64,000 bases of DNA from an uncultured Rhabdochlamydiaceae bacterium. Its GTDB lineage: Bacteria > Chlamydiota > Chlamydiia > Chlamydiales > Rhabdochlamydiaceae. Location of the stretch: assembly GCA_963712275.1 (NCBI GenBank), contig CAVQHD010000001.1:1248001-1312000 (forward strand), given 5' to 3'. Below, piece by piece: positions 46,613 to 56,133 of this stretch. The notes beneath the pieces were generated by a model, which was not told the DNA's origin, searched no databases, and was given only the letters and a program-made list of their open reading frames with translations. Numbering within the stretch: position 1 is the stretch's first letter; each line of letters begins with the position of its first letter. The position numbers and the translations under genes were made by a program.

Positions 46613-47750
46613 TCTGATTCAGCAGCTCTTTACAAAACGTCATCGGCAAGTTCCTAGAAACCAAAAGCAGATCGAAGAGATTGCTCAAAGTTTAGGAAGC
46701 GCTCATGAGGCGTATCCAACAATTCATGTGGCAGGAACAAATGGAAAGGGGTCTGTGGCAACGAAAATTGCCCGAACGCTGGAGAGATCGGGGTATAGGG
46801 TCGGCCTTTACACCTCTCCGCATATCCAGAGATTTAACGAGAGAATTCAAATCAACGGCGCTGAAATTCCGTTCATAGAGGTTGAACGAAACCTTCCTTC
46901 TCTTTTAGAAAGGTTTCCCGATCTCTGCTTTTTCGATTATGCCACATTTCTTGCTTTTCAATATTTTAAAGAAATGCAGATTGAGGTCGCCGTGGTTGAG
47001 GCAGGGATTGGGGGCTTTTGTGATACGACAAATGTGATACATCCTCTTATTTCTATCATTACGTCTGTGGCATTAGATCATGTTGAAATACTCGGTCCTA
47101 CGTTGGACGACATTGCTTATCAAAAATCAGGGGTTATCAAGCCCTTTATTCCGATCGTCTTAGGTCCAACTGCCTCATTAGCTCCGATTTTAAAGCAGGC
47201 AGCCATCAATCAAAGTGCTTTAATCCAGGTCTCTTCCCAAGAAGGAGATTATGATGTGGAAAATCGGGCAGTGGCGCGTGCAGCGCTTATAGAGCTATCT
47301 CGTCATTTTACGATCAAACAGGAGGCTTTAGAGAAAGGACTTTTGGATAAACCTCCCTGCCGTTTTGAAACGTGCGGTCGTTTTGTTTTGGATGTGGCTC
47401 ACAATCCGGCAGGGTTTGAGAGCCTATTAAAGGCGTGGAGGCTGCATTATCCGACGAAAAAATTTCATGCCATTATCGGCCTTTCATCGGATAAAGATCT
47501 TAAAACATGCCTTCAAAAAATTGCTAAGGAAGCTGAGCATCTCTTTCTTGTTCAGGCCTCCACCCCTCGAGCAGCTTCGACAGACAAGTTAAAAGGCATT
47601 TTGGAAGAGCTCCGCCTTTCTCATTTTACATGCTGCAAGTCCATTTCAGAGGCGATAGCTTTAGCCCATGATCATGCTATTTTGGTTTGTGGATCCTTCC
47701 ATATCATGCAGCAAGCTCGTGAGGAGATCCTTCGGTTCCAAATAAGCTAA
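46596..47750 (+). CDS. folC: Folylpolyglutamate/dihydrofolate synthase
   Basis: HVAGTNGKGS, YTSPH, EAGIGG, LDVAHNP, CGSF. Confidence 0.9.
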   Translation: MSMSSNLIQQLFTKRHRQVPRNQKQIEEIAQSLGSAHEAYPTIHVAGTNGKGSVATKIARTLERSGYRVGLYTSPHIQRFNERIQINGAEIPFIEVERNLPSLLERFPDLCFFDYATFLAFQYFKEMQIEVAVVEAGIGGFCDTTNVIHPLISIITSVALDHVEILGPTLDDIAYQKSGVIKPFIPIVLGPTASLAPILKQAAINQSALIQVSSQEGDYDVENRAVARAALIELSRHFTIKQEALEKGLLDKPPCRFETCGRFVLDVAHNPAGFESLLKAWRLHYPTKKFHAIIGLSSDKDLKTCLQKIAKEAEHLFLVQASTPRAASTDKLKGILEELRLSHFTCCKSISEAIALAHDHAILVCGSFHIMQQAREEILRFQIS

Positions 47751-48395
47751 GACAATTTTTTTTTGAATCGGGGAGAGCCTGCGCATCAAAAGGCGTAGAG
47801 CTCCTCGATTATTAGCCCCTAAATATTCAGCCACTTCCTCCAAGATTTCCTCAACTTCAAGGAAAGAATCTTCAGTTAAAGAAAGTTCTTCCATTTTTTC
47901 GCCTCGAAGAAACGCCTCTGCTTTTTCCAAAACAAGTCTTGCAGCAACAATGGATCGCCGCTCTTGAAGTGCTGGACTAAATTCGTTTAAAATTTTTGAT
48001 AGGTGTTGTTTCAATGCCTCGATTCGAAGGGCAATCAGTTGAAAATCTTTTTTAACAATGGTGCCGGCTAACTGGTCTGCCTCATTTTGCAATACGATGA
48101 CTTCATGCTGGAGATAAGAATCGTCGACTTCTCCGTAAAGAACAATCGCTCGGCTCCGAAGCTGCTCAAAATACGATTGAGCAAATTGGTTGACTTGGGT
48201 TGCCGTTTTTTCAAGAGAGGACAGATTGTGAGAGGCAACATTCAATTTTTCTAAAAGTTGCTCGCGAATTTCATCCGTCACAGGTTCGGACTCTAGCGTG
48301 TTTTCAACAAACGAGAGAACATCCTCGACAGACGTGATCGACTCTGACACAGCAGAGTAGTGTTTAGAATTTACGTTAAGATCCATATCTCCCAC
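47661..48395 (-). CDS. Hypothetical helical protein
   Basis: 244-aa ORF; 3' end overlaps folC. Confidence 0.6.
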   Translation of the reverse strand: MGDMDLNVNSKHYSAVSESITSVEDVLSFVENTLESEPVTDEIREQLLEKLNVASHNLSSLEKTATQVNQFAQSYFEQLRSRAIVLYGEVDDSYLQHEVIVLQNEADQLAGTIVKKDFQLIALRIEALKQHLSKILNEFSPALQERRSIVAARLVLEKAEAFLRGEKMEELSLTEDSFLEVEEILEEVAEYLGANNRGALRLLMRRLSPIQKKIVLAYLEPKDLLTSLLHDMEGSTNQNSMIMG

Positions 48396-48755
48396 CTCAT
48401 ACTTTTTATTAAGGATTAAATCAATGGGTTTCCGAGATAGCCTAATTATACCCTATTTTCATTAGTTATCAAATAGTACAAATAATTATAATTAAATCAG
48501 TTGTTTGTTAGATTTATAAAATAGTTAATTATATTTTAATAAATATAGAAAGGATTGTACAACTCATTTTGGGGGTGAGAAAGATCGTGATCAAGAAGCT
48601 CTTGCTCACTTTTCCGCACCTATATATAACTTGCTTATTATTAAGTGCTTAATGAATAGATATCAAAATCTCGTGTAAATTAAAAAATAGGTTTACAATA
48701 ATTAAAATTATTGCTATAATTAGTTTTTACTTAAAATTATTATATATGAGTTAAT

Positions 48756-49220
48756 ATGTCGATATTTACAGGATTCGTTAACGGAGCTAAAGATTTTTTT
48801 AATAAAGTTTTTAATCCAAAAAATGCGAATTTTAATACAGTTATTCCAGATGAAGTGAAAGAGAAAATTTTTAAGATGGCTAAAGAAGATATCTTTACCT
48901 TAAGTCAAGTATGCAGGTCTTGGCATAATTTGACAGAGGCTACAAGACTTCCTCATCTAATTAATAATAGAATATTTGCAGTAAAAGAAATAAGAAAACA
49001 GATTTTTGGAAACAATGCTGTCCTTAACCCTATTTATTCATTCGGGGTTTATCGAAAACCGACTGCCTCTGAGATGTCTCGTTTGACAGGGGAGACAAAG
49101 CATTTAGAAGAGAAGAAAGCAAAATATGAGACACAACTCGAGGAATTGCAAGCAAGATCAAGAAATTTCAACTATACTGCGCCCACCTCAAATCACACTT
49201 TTGGCCTACGCGCAGTATAA
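48756..49220 (+). CDS. F-box-like protein
   Basis: IPDEVKEKIF...LSQVCRSWHNL. Confidence 0.65.
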   Translation: MSIFTGFVNGAKDFFNKVFNPKNANFNTVIPDEVKEKIFKMAKEDIFTLSQVCRSWHNLTEATRLPHLINNRIFAVKEIRKQIFGNNAVLNPIYSFGVYRKPTASEMSRLTGETKHLEEKKAKYETQLEELQARSRNFNYTAPTSNHTFGLRAV

Positions 49221-49262
49221 CTCAGAAGATGAACTAATAAATGTATTATAAAAGGAGTTAAT

Positions 49263-49871
49263 ATGTCAGTATTTATAACAGCAGTTAATAGTGTTAATAA
49301 TTTTATTAATAGGATTGTTAATCCAGAAGCTCTGGAGTTTAATGCGGTTGTCCCCGAAGATGTGAAAAAGAAAATTTTTAATGAAGTTATGACTGAAAGA
49401 GAATGCCTTCCTGTGAGACGAGTATGCAAGTCTTGGAAGGATTTAACAGAATTTAAGATGCTTCCTTTTCTAATCGAGCGTACAAAATCGGCAGCGCTAA
49501 TGGCAATATATCAGATCTTCACATTCGAGCTCTCCAAAAGATTCGATTTTGATGTTGATAGGATTGTTTTTGCTCGGCGTCACGGGTACACTCCTTACAG
49601 CTTCGGGCGTAATTGCAAAAAACCCCCGCTCACTGATGATTCATTGCGACAGCTGGCTCTTGAGATTGGTCGAGAAGCGACTCCCCTTGAGTTAGCTTGT
49701 ATGACACCGGGGAGAAGGGCTTTTGAAGATGATAGGATAAGACGTGAGACACAACACAAAGAATTAAATGCAAATGCTGATAAACTTGGGGTAAAGCGCC
49801 CGCGCAGGGAGGACATCAGTATGGCTGACTGGTTGATACAGAAACTATACATAGAGTTGGGTTTGGTATAG
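49263..49871 (+). CDS. F-box-like protein (tandem paralog)
   Basis: VPEDVKKKIF...VRRVCKSWKDL; N-terminus similar to the upstream gene. Confidence 0.65.
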   Translation: MSVFITAVNSVNNFINRIVNPEALEFNAVVPEDVKKKIFNEVMTERECLPVRRVCKSWKDLTEFKMLPFLIERTKSAALMAIYQIFTFELSKRFDFDVDRIVFARRHGYTPYSFGRNCKKPPLTDDSLRQLALEIGREATPLELACMTPGRRAFEDDRIRRETQHKELNANADKLGVKRPRREDISMADWLIQKLYIELGLV

Positions 49872-49951
49872 ACGGCAAGATCGGCCACAGTATCAGTTCC
49901 ACTCTTCTTCATCAAAAGATCCTGGACTGAAACTGAATCCGTGGACAGTTT

Positions 49952-50569
49952 CTAATTCAGAAGCTGTACTAGTAATAAAGAGGGAGATCCTTTTCCCCAG
50001 GTTGACCATTGAACGTGGTAATTCTGTGGAGAAAGGGTCAGAGACCACTCTTGCAGGGCAAGCTCTTCCAATGCTCCTTCAGGGTGGCCTGGGTAGCATG
50101 TGATGGAAAGAGCCCCGCCCATTGGCATGAGTTGAAGGGCTAAAGAGATGCTTTTAAGGGTCGTTTGGGTCATCGTGGTAAGCTGTTTATCACCACCAGG
50201 GAGATATCCTAAGTTGTACACGACTAGCCTAATTTCATGAGAAAAGATGCCGCTCAGTTCACTATGGCACTGTTTTAAAAAGGTGACATTGGAAGAAAGG
50301 ACGTTTTTTCGGGCTTTCAAAAAGGCTTCTTCTTGGATATCAAGGGCATAAACATGCCCTTGTGGAACGAGCCGGGCAAGGGCTGCGGTATCTTTTCCAT
50401 TGCCGCAGGTCGCATCGATCACGACGTCTGTCGGACGCAGATATTCTCTCCAAAATTGATGGGCTTTTTTTAGGTGGGGTTTAGAGCCCGTTAACGGATT
50501 CAGTTTCAGTCGATTTTGAGGGCTCTTTTGGCCCATTTCTGTTTCTTTTTTGGGGGGTAATATCAACAT
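49952..50569 (-). CDS. Class I SAM-dependent methyltransferase (YtqB-like), 5' end disrupted by a palindromic element
   Basis: DATCGNGKDT, NLGYLPGGDK, YPGHPEG; inferred original ATG at 50670. Confidence 0.85.
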   Translation of the reverse strand: MLILPPKKETEMGQKSPQNRLKLNPLTGSKPHLKKAHQFWREYLRPTDVVIDATCGNGKDTAALARLVPQGHVYALDIQEEAFLKARKNVLSSNVTFLKQCHSELSGIFSHEIRLVVYNLGYLPGGDKQLTTMTQTTLKSISLALQLMPMGGALSITCYPGHPEGALEELALQEWSLTLSPQNYHVQWSTWGKGSPSLLLVQLLN

Positions 50570-50662
50570 TCGTATATTATCCTCTATTATCCTCCAAAAA
50601 AGAAACAGAAATGGGCCAAAAGGGCCCCCAAAACAACTGAAACTGAGTTTTAAGACAGCTTC
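50484..50662. mobile_element. Palindromic element family B inserted in the methyltransferase 5' end
   Basis: Long inverted arms, TTA duplication (50481-83 and 50663-65), core GGGGGTAATATC..TTC.GTATATTA shared with the 33042 copy. Confidence 0.8.
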
Positions 50663-50753
50663 TTAAACATACTCTTCCTCTGTTTTAACCCAGCTTTTTC
50701 GGGCCTCTTGCGGTAAAAGATTTGAATCGGCTAGACTCTCCTCCGTCCTATCA

Positions 50754-50827
50754 GGGGTATTAGCTCAGTTGGTTAGAGCGCCACGTTGACATCGTGGAGG
50801 TCAGCTGTTCGAGTCAGCTATATCCCA
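50754..50827 (+). tRNA. tRNA-Val(GAC)
   Basis: GGGGTATTAGCTCAGTTGGTTAGAGCGCCACGTTGACATCGTGG...GTTCGAGTCAGCTATATCCCA. Confidence 0.95.
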
Positions 50828-50832
50828 TTTAT

Positions 50833-51933
50833 ATGTTCTCTCTTTCTTATTTACTTGCTATTGCACTTAAGGAACTGTTTCCTAAGGCAGAAATTGATCA
50901 GATCAGAGCGACCTCCCGCTGCTTTTTTTGCGATATCAGATTTGATGGGGAATTTAGCACCTCTTTAATGAGTTTACTCGAAGAAAGAATGCGAGAATGG
51001 GCTGAGCAAAAAATCCCTTTTCAAGTCTTAAATATGGTCCCTCACAATGCGGCTCAGCTTCTAGAGCACCATGGAGAAAAAAAACTTGCTCAGCAAGTTC
51101 GAAAAAAGGAAGGGCTTATTAGATTGCTTCAGCTCGACCGATTTTTCTTTCTTGCCGAAGAAGATATTCCAGAGACAACGGGAGATATTCCTTATTTTAA
51201 ACTTGTTTGTTACAAACCCCTTAAGAAGGGGATTCGGCTGCTTGGAACGGGAGCTTTGCTAAAAGACAGCTTAAAGCAGCAAGCTCGCCAGTTAAAAGCG
51301 GTTGAAGATCCTCAAAAATATTTAGAACAGCTTGGTCTTGTCAGTTGGGTTGGAGAGCATTTGGTTTGGGAGCCGCCCGCGGAAGTTTTAAAAGAAAAAT
51401 TGAGAAAAAAAATTTTAGAGCTTTATGAAGGGTTTGACCTTGTAATGTTTCATTCCAAAGATGAGATCGAACGGAAAAAAATCTTGATGGATTGGATCCG
51501 GTTGGGAAAGGGAAAAGCCGTTCAGTTTCAAGAAAAAAAATTACAGCAATGCTTACAGGAGCCATGGGACGCACCTTTTTCTCGATCGGATCAAAGCTGG
51601 GGTCCCTTAGAAGAGATTAATTCCTTCTTGCATATCATTACAAAATTCCTTAAAATCCTTGCCTTTGATTACCAGGTGGTTAGTGTTGGGAAGATGGACC
51701 TCTCCCTTAAAAAAGCTTTAGATGCACACAAATTACCTATCGTTTCCAAGCGAAGCATTGGAAATCGTTCGCAGTTGGAATTTTGGGTGATCGATCGCCT
51801 AGGTCAAAAATGGATGATCTCCTTTTTACAAGTGGATCAAAAATCTAAAATTGTGGAGATGACAGTTTGTTTATCACTCGAAAGGTGTATTGCGCTGATG
51901 GCCGATCGATGGGAAGGAAGGATTGAAGGTTAA
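50833..51933 (+). CDS. Degenerate threonyl-tRNA synthetase-like protein
   Basis: Colinear ThrRS-like segments (YLLAIALKELFP, IPETTGDIPYFKL, IDRLGQKW..LQVD, SLERCIALM); thrS position upstream of infC. Confidence 0.65.
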   Translation: MFSLSYLLAIALKELFPKAEIDQIRATSRCFFCDIRFDGEFSTSLMSLLEERMREWAEQKIPFQVLNMVPHNAAQLLEHHGEKKLAQQVRKKEGLIRLLQLDRFFFLAEEDIPETTGDIPYFKLVCYKPLKKGIRLLGTGALLKDSLKQQARQLKAVEDPQKYLEQLGLVSWVGEHLVWEPPAEVLKEKLRKKILELYEGFDLVMFHSKDEIERKKILMDWIRLGKGKAVQFQEKKLQQCLQEPWDAPFSRSDQSWGPLEEINSFLHIITKFLKILAFDYQVVSVGKMDLSLKKALDAHKLPIVSKRSIGNRSQLEFWVIDRLGQKWMISFLQVDQKSKIVEMTVCLSLERCIALMADRWEGRIEG

Positions 51934-52031
51934 AAAATTGATGCGTGAAAGAGCTTCTTGTAGTATCGTTACTTGATAGAGCCAGTTTTGCAACTGGCTC
52001 GATATAATAGAAACAAATAGGTGAAAGCTGC

Positions 52032-52538
52032 TTGAGAATCAATAGAGAAATTCGTGCTCCGCGTGTTCGAGTCATTGATAAAGATGGACATCAACTTGGA
52101 GTGTTAACGCTCATGGATGCTGTAGGGCGTGCAGAACAAGTGGGGCTCGACCTGGTAGAGATTGCCCCAACTGCCGATCCTCCGGTATGTAAGATTATCG
52201 ATTATGGAAAGTTTCGATACCAACAAACGAAAAAAGAGAAAGAAGGAAAGAAGTCTCAGCACCAAGTTAAAGTGAAGGAGGTTAAGGTCAAACCTAATAC
52301 TGATGACCATGATCTTCAAACAAAGCTTCGGCATGCTCGGGAATTTATTAAAAAAGGGAATAAAGTCAAAATCACTTGCACTTATAGAGGTCGTGAGATG
52401 GCTCACCCGGAATTTGGTTTTCAGGTCGTTCAAAAGATGTGCGAAGAGATAGCAGATATCGCGTCTCCTGAAGCACCTGCGAAATTATTTGGAAAAGCGC
52501 TCTTCGTGGTCTTAGCGCCCGGAGCAAAAAAGAAATAA
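52032..52538 (+). CDS. infC: Translation initiation factor IF-3
   Basis: [25 protein letters not shown]; non-ATG start. Confidence 0.95.
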   Translation: MRINREIRAPRVRVIDKDGHQLGVLTLMDAVGRAEQVGLDLVEIAPTADPPVCKIIDYGKFRYQQTKKEKEGKKSQHQVKVKEVKVKPNTDDHDLQTKLRHAREFIKKGNKVKITCTYRGREMAHPEFGFQVVQKMCEEIADIASPEAPAKLFGKALFVVLAPGAKKK

Positions 52539-52548
52539 GGGAGATCTA

Positions 52549-52743
52549 ATGCCTAAAATGAAGCCCCGCAAAGCGGTTTTAGCCCGGTTTAAAGTCACCG
52601 GAACAGGAAAAATCAAACGTCGTCGTCCGGGTCGCCGCCACTTGCTGGCAGGCAAAGCTTCTAAGAGAAAACGTCGCCTTAGAAAGGATACCTTAGTTGA
52701 TAAAGGGCAGACGAAGATGTATGCACGATTAATGGGAGTATAG
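52549..52743 (+). CDS. rpmI: 50S ribosomal protein L35
   Basis: [14 protein letters not shown]. Confidence 0.95.
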   Translation: MPKMKPRKAVLARFKVTGTGKIKRRRPGRRHLLAGKASKRKRRLRKDTLVDKGQTKMYARLMGV

Positions 52744-52744
52744 T

Positions 52745-53110
52745 ATGGTAAGAGCAACCAATGCAGTTTATAGCAATCGCAAACGGAAACGTTTGCTCAA
52801 GCAAGCCAAGGGGTTTGTTGGCGATCGTAAAAATCACCGTCGTTTAACATCCAATTCCGTTCTTCAAGCGATGGCTTATAACTACCGTGGGCGGAAGCAG
52901 CGGAAACGGGATTTTCGCAGCCTATGGATCAACCGCTTAGGTGTAGGAGCCAATCTTCATGGGCTCTCCTATAGCAAGTTTATCCATGGCCTTAAAAGAG
53001 CAGAGTGTTTAATCGATCGAAAAATGCTCACGGAGATGGCGATCCAAGATCCTGCAGGTTTTGCAGCGATTGCGGCTCATGTCAAAAGTGCCCTCGTTTC
53101 CCATGGATAA
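52745..53110 (+). CDS. rplT: 50S ribosomal protein L20
   Basis: RKRDFRSLWI, YSKFIHGL, DRKML. Confidence 0.95.
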   Translation: MVRATNAVYSNRKRKRLLKQAKGFVGDRKNHRRLTSNSVLQAMAYNYRGRKQRKRDFRSLWINRLGVGANLHGLSYSKFIHGLKRAECLIDRKMLTEMAIQDPAGFAAIAAHVKSALVSHG

Positions 53111-54134
53111 ACATATCGGAGAATTGCGCCAGCAGTTCAAGCAAGAGCTGACTCAAGTCAAAGATTCCAAAGATGTTGAGCAGCTCAAGATCCGATATTT
53201 AGGAAAGAAAGGGCCGCTCCAGGCTCTCATGACGCAGCTTCGAGAGGTGTCCGCCAGCGAGCGTCCCTTGCTAGGAAAGCAAATCAATGATTTAAAGATT
53301 GAGCTTGAGACCCTTTGCCATGAAGCACATATCGGGTATCAAGGAGCTGAGCTGGCCCGTCAAATCGATCTCGAAAAAATAGATGTCACACTTCCCGGGA
53401 GACGTGAGTTGCAGGGGAGAGCTCATCCTCTCACGCAACTCTTAAGCGAGATCATCGACATTTTACGAGGAATGGGATTTTCTGTTCAGTATGGCCCCGA
53501 TATCGATACCGATTGGTATAACTATGAGGGGCTTAACTTTCCTCCCGATCATCCAGCGAGAGAGATGCAAGATACCTTTTATATTGATGCGAAGCGGCTC
53601 TTGCGGTCTCATACTTCTAATACGCAACTCCGTGTGATGGAAAAAGCAACTCCACCTATCCGAGTCATTGCGCCTGGCACTGTGTATCGCAATGAAAATA
53701 TCAGTGCTCGCTCGCATGTCTTTTTCCACCAGGTTGAAGGGCTCTATATCGACCGACATATCTCCTTTGCAGACCTTTTTTCAACAATGCAAGAATTTTG
53801 GAGCAAGCTTCTTAAAAAGAAGGTCGAAACTCGGCTCAGGCCTAGCTATTTTCCTTTTGTAGAGCCGGCTCTTGAAATCGATATTCGATGCACCCAATGT
53901 GAGGGACAGTCTGAAGGAAAGGGATGCCGCCTCTGCAAATATTCAGGGTGGCTCGAAGTTGCTGGGGCAGGAATGGTTCATCCAGAAGTACTTCGCAATG
54001 GAGGGATTGATCCTGACATCTACTCGGGATATGCGTGGGGGATGGGGGTTGAGCGGCTTGCCATGCTTCGGTATGGCATTGATGACATCCGTCTCTTTTC
54101 CGAAAATGATCTTCGGTTTCTGACTCAGTTTTAA
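53103..54134 (+). CDS. pheS: Phenylalanine-tRNA ligase alpha subunit
   Basis: HPAREMQDTF, FHQVEG, RPSYFPFVEP, GMGVER. Confidence 0.96.
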   Translation: MDKHIGELRQQFKQELTQVKDSKDVEQLKIRYLGKKGPLQALMTQLREVSASERPLLGKQINDLKIELETLCHEAHIGYQGAELARQIDLEKIDVTLPGRRELQGRAHPLTQLLSEIIDILRGMGFSVQYGPDIDTDWYNYEGLNFPPDHPAREMQDTFYIDAKRLLRSHTSNTQLRVMEKATPPIRVIAPGTVYRNENISARSHVFFHQVEGLYIDRHISFADLFSTMQEFWSKLLKKKVETRLRPSYFPFVEPALEIDIRCTQCEGQSEGKGCRLCKYSGWLEVAGAGMVHPEVLRNGGIDPDIYSGYAWGMGVERLAMLRYGIDDIRLFSENDLRFLTQF

Positions 54135-54135
54135 A

Positions 54136-54163
54136 AGAAGGGTGTCTTCAAAGGCACCCTTCT
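54136..54163. terminator. Terminator hairpin after pheS
   Basis: AGAAGGGTGTCT...AGGCACCCTTCT. Confidence 0.7.
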
Positions 54164-54217
54164 AAACCTCTCACACTTCAGCAGTAAAGAGAGGCTCATA
54201 ATAGGAATTAGTAACTA

Positions 54218-54703
54218 TTACAAGTCTTTTGGTTTTTGCGGTTGTTCTGGTCCTTTCGTGCCTTTAGGAGCGAATGCCCAATCGATCAAGCTCATTCCGC
54301 CAAGTGCAAGCACTGTTAAAGCACCAGACTGAGGAAGGGAAAGCTTTAAATTCAAAAGCTGCTTTATTACAAGCCCGGCAACTGCAGCATTTGTGACTAC
54401 AATTGCCCATGCACGTTTAGGCGATTCTTTTACTTCCTTCGACACTAGATCAGAAGCAAGTACTGCCGTGAAAGCTGTATAGACAGCACTCACAACTGCC
54501 ACATATTTAAAAGTGGCACTAGCATCTAAGTCTTTGATCAAATCATTATCAGTAGCAACATGAGTAGCAACGTATGCTATTGCACTAAGTCCCCAGATCT
54601 GAGGAGAATTTTTAACCAATGCACTTACTGGTATTGAAGAGACTCTCACAAAAGCATTTGCTCCTGCGGATAACGGATCAAGAAAACTCATATAAACCTC
54701 CAT
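54218..54703 (-). CDS. Hypothetical membrane protein
   Basis: About 4 hydrophobic segments. Confidence 0.6.
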   Translation of the reverse strand: MEVYMSFLDPLSAGANAFVRVSSIPVSALVKNSPQIWGLSAIAYVATHVATDNDLIKDLDASATFKYVAVVSAVYTAFTAVLASDLVSKEVKESPKRAWAIVVTNAAVAGLVIKQLLNLKLSLPQSGALTVLALGGMSLIDWAFAPKGTKGPEQPQKPKDL

Positions 54704-54785
54704 TGAAGTGTTAGAAGAAAAATCTTAAGCATGCATGGCTTTTTAAGCAAATGGTTTTTTTTGATTTTTTTTTCGAAAAATCCGA

Positions 54786-54814
54786 TTGTCCCTTAAGGCC
54801 TAAATTTCTATAAT
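54786..54814 (+). promoter_or_regulatory. Sigma70-type promoter of tRNA-Ser
   Basis: TTGTCC-N17-TATAAT. Confidence 0.65.
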
Positions 54815-54826
54815 GCTCATTCTCAT

Positions 54827-54911
54827 GGAAGAGTGGCAGAGTGGCCTATTGCGGCTGTCTTGAAAACAGTTGTCGGGAAACCGACCGTGGGTTCGAATCC
54901 TACCTCTTCCG
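54827..54911 (+). tRNA. tRNA-Ser(TGA)
   Basis: GGAAGAGTGGCAGAGTGG...CTTGAAA...long variable arm...GTTCGAATCCTACCTCTTCCG. Confidence 0.95.
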
Positions 54912-55169
54912 ACTCTTGGTCTCTTGGTGAAGAGTGAGATTGCCTGAAATCGTATAATTTTTACTTTAAGAGCAGTTTTGTCAAAATCACATAAAATATA
55001 AGACTTTGATTGTAAGCAATTAGCAAAGTTTTTGTTCGCCAGAATGACAATTGTCATTTTGGCGAACGGAATTTAATTGCATTTTTCGTTCGCGAAAACA
55101 ACAATTGTTGTTAGGGAGCAGTGCTTCCTCCCAGTCCTAAAAGGACTGGATTTCCGCACTGTCAAGCGG

Positions 55170-56066
55170 ATGAAAATCAAACATTTTATCTTGATATTTC
55201 TTTGCGGCCTGTGCTGGGGGCCGTCTTACCTATTCATCAAGATTGCCGTCGATACTGTTCCGCCCTTGACGCTAGTTCTTTTGAGGGTGGGCATTTCGGC
55301 GTTGATTCTTTATCCGATTTGCCTGTTGCAGCGGCATTTCTTATGGACTTACCGGCAGTACTGGAGGCATTTTGTTGTGCTGGGCGTTACGCTTAATGCT
55401 CTGCCCTTTTGCCTCATCAGTTTTGCCGAGCTCTACATTTCGAGTTCTTTAGGAGGCATTCTCAACGGACTGACGCTGATTTTTACATCAATTTTTGCTC
55501 ATTATTTCGGCAAACATGAACCGCTCAACTGCAAAAAGGTCCTAGGGATTTTTTCGGGGCTCGCAGGCCTCATCTTGATCTATTTGCCTTTTTTATTCGA
55601 TCAGAAGGGAGCGAGCGAATTTGGCGTGCTGCTCATGGTACTCGCAACGCTCAGTTATGCGACCGGAACCGTTTATGCCAGGACGCATCTTGCCAAAATC
55701 CCTGGGCTCGTCGCCCTCACCTTGCAGCTGATCGTATCGACAGCCTGTCTGCTTCCTCTATCGCTATGCATCGATCATCCTTTTAGCCTTTCTTTTCCGC
55801 CTCTACAAGCATGGCTAGGGGTCGCCGGCCTTGCCCTCATCGGCACGGTGATCGGATTTTACATCTTTTATAAGACGATTCAGGAGGCAGGCGCGACGTT
55901 TGCCGCTTTTGCGACGCTGATCATTCCCATCATTGTGATGCTCTTGGGTGTAGTTGTTTTACAGGAGAAACTGACGTGGAACCTCTATGTTGGGACGGCA
56001 TTTATTATCGCCGGCGCCTGGGCCGTTAGCCAAGCGATTAAAAAAGACAAAGAGCAAATTGCATAA
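55170..56066 (+). CDS. DMT/EamA family transporter
   Basis: CWGPSYLFIK, ~10 TM helices. Confidence 0.88.
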   Translation: MKIKHFILIFLCGLCWGPSYLFIKIAVDTVPPLTLVLLRVGISALILYPICLLQRHFLWTYRQYWRHFVVLGVTLNALPFCLISFAELYISSSLGGILNGLTLIFTSIFAHYFGKHEPLNCKKVLGIFSGLAGLILIYLPFLFDQKGASEFGVLLMVLATLSYATGTVYARTHLAKIPGLVALTLQLIVSTACLLPLSLCIDHPFSLSFPPLQAWLGVAGLALIGTVIGFYIFYKTIQEAGATFAAFATLIIPIIVMLLGVVVLQEKLTWNLYVGTAFIIAGAWAVSQAIKKDKEQIA

Positions 56067-56133
56067 CGCATGAACTGTAAGAAATCGCAATTGACGATCC
56101 GGAAGGTATTCGCAAACGATTATTAGGGCAATA

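Noticed and set aside
50794..50832. GTG start of the ThrRS-like ORF
   Set aside because: It lies inside tRNA-Val
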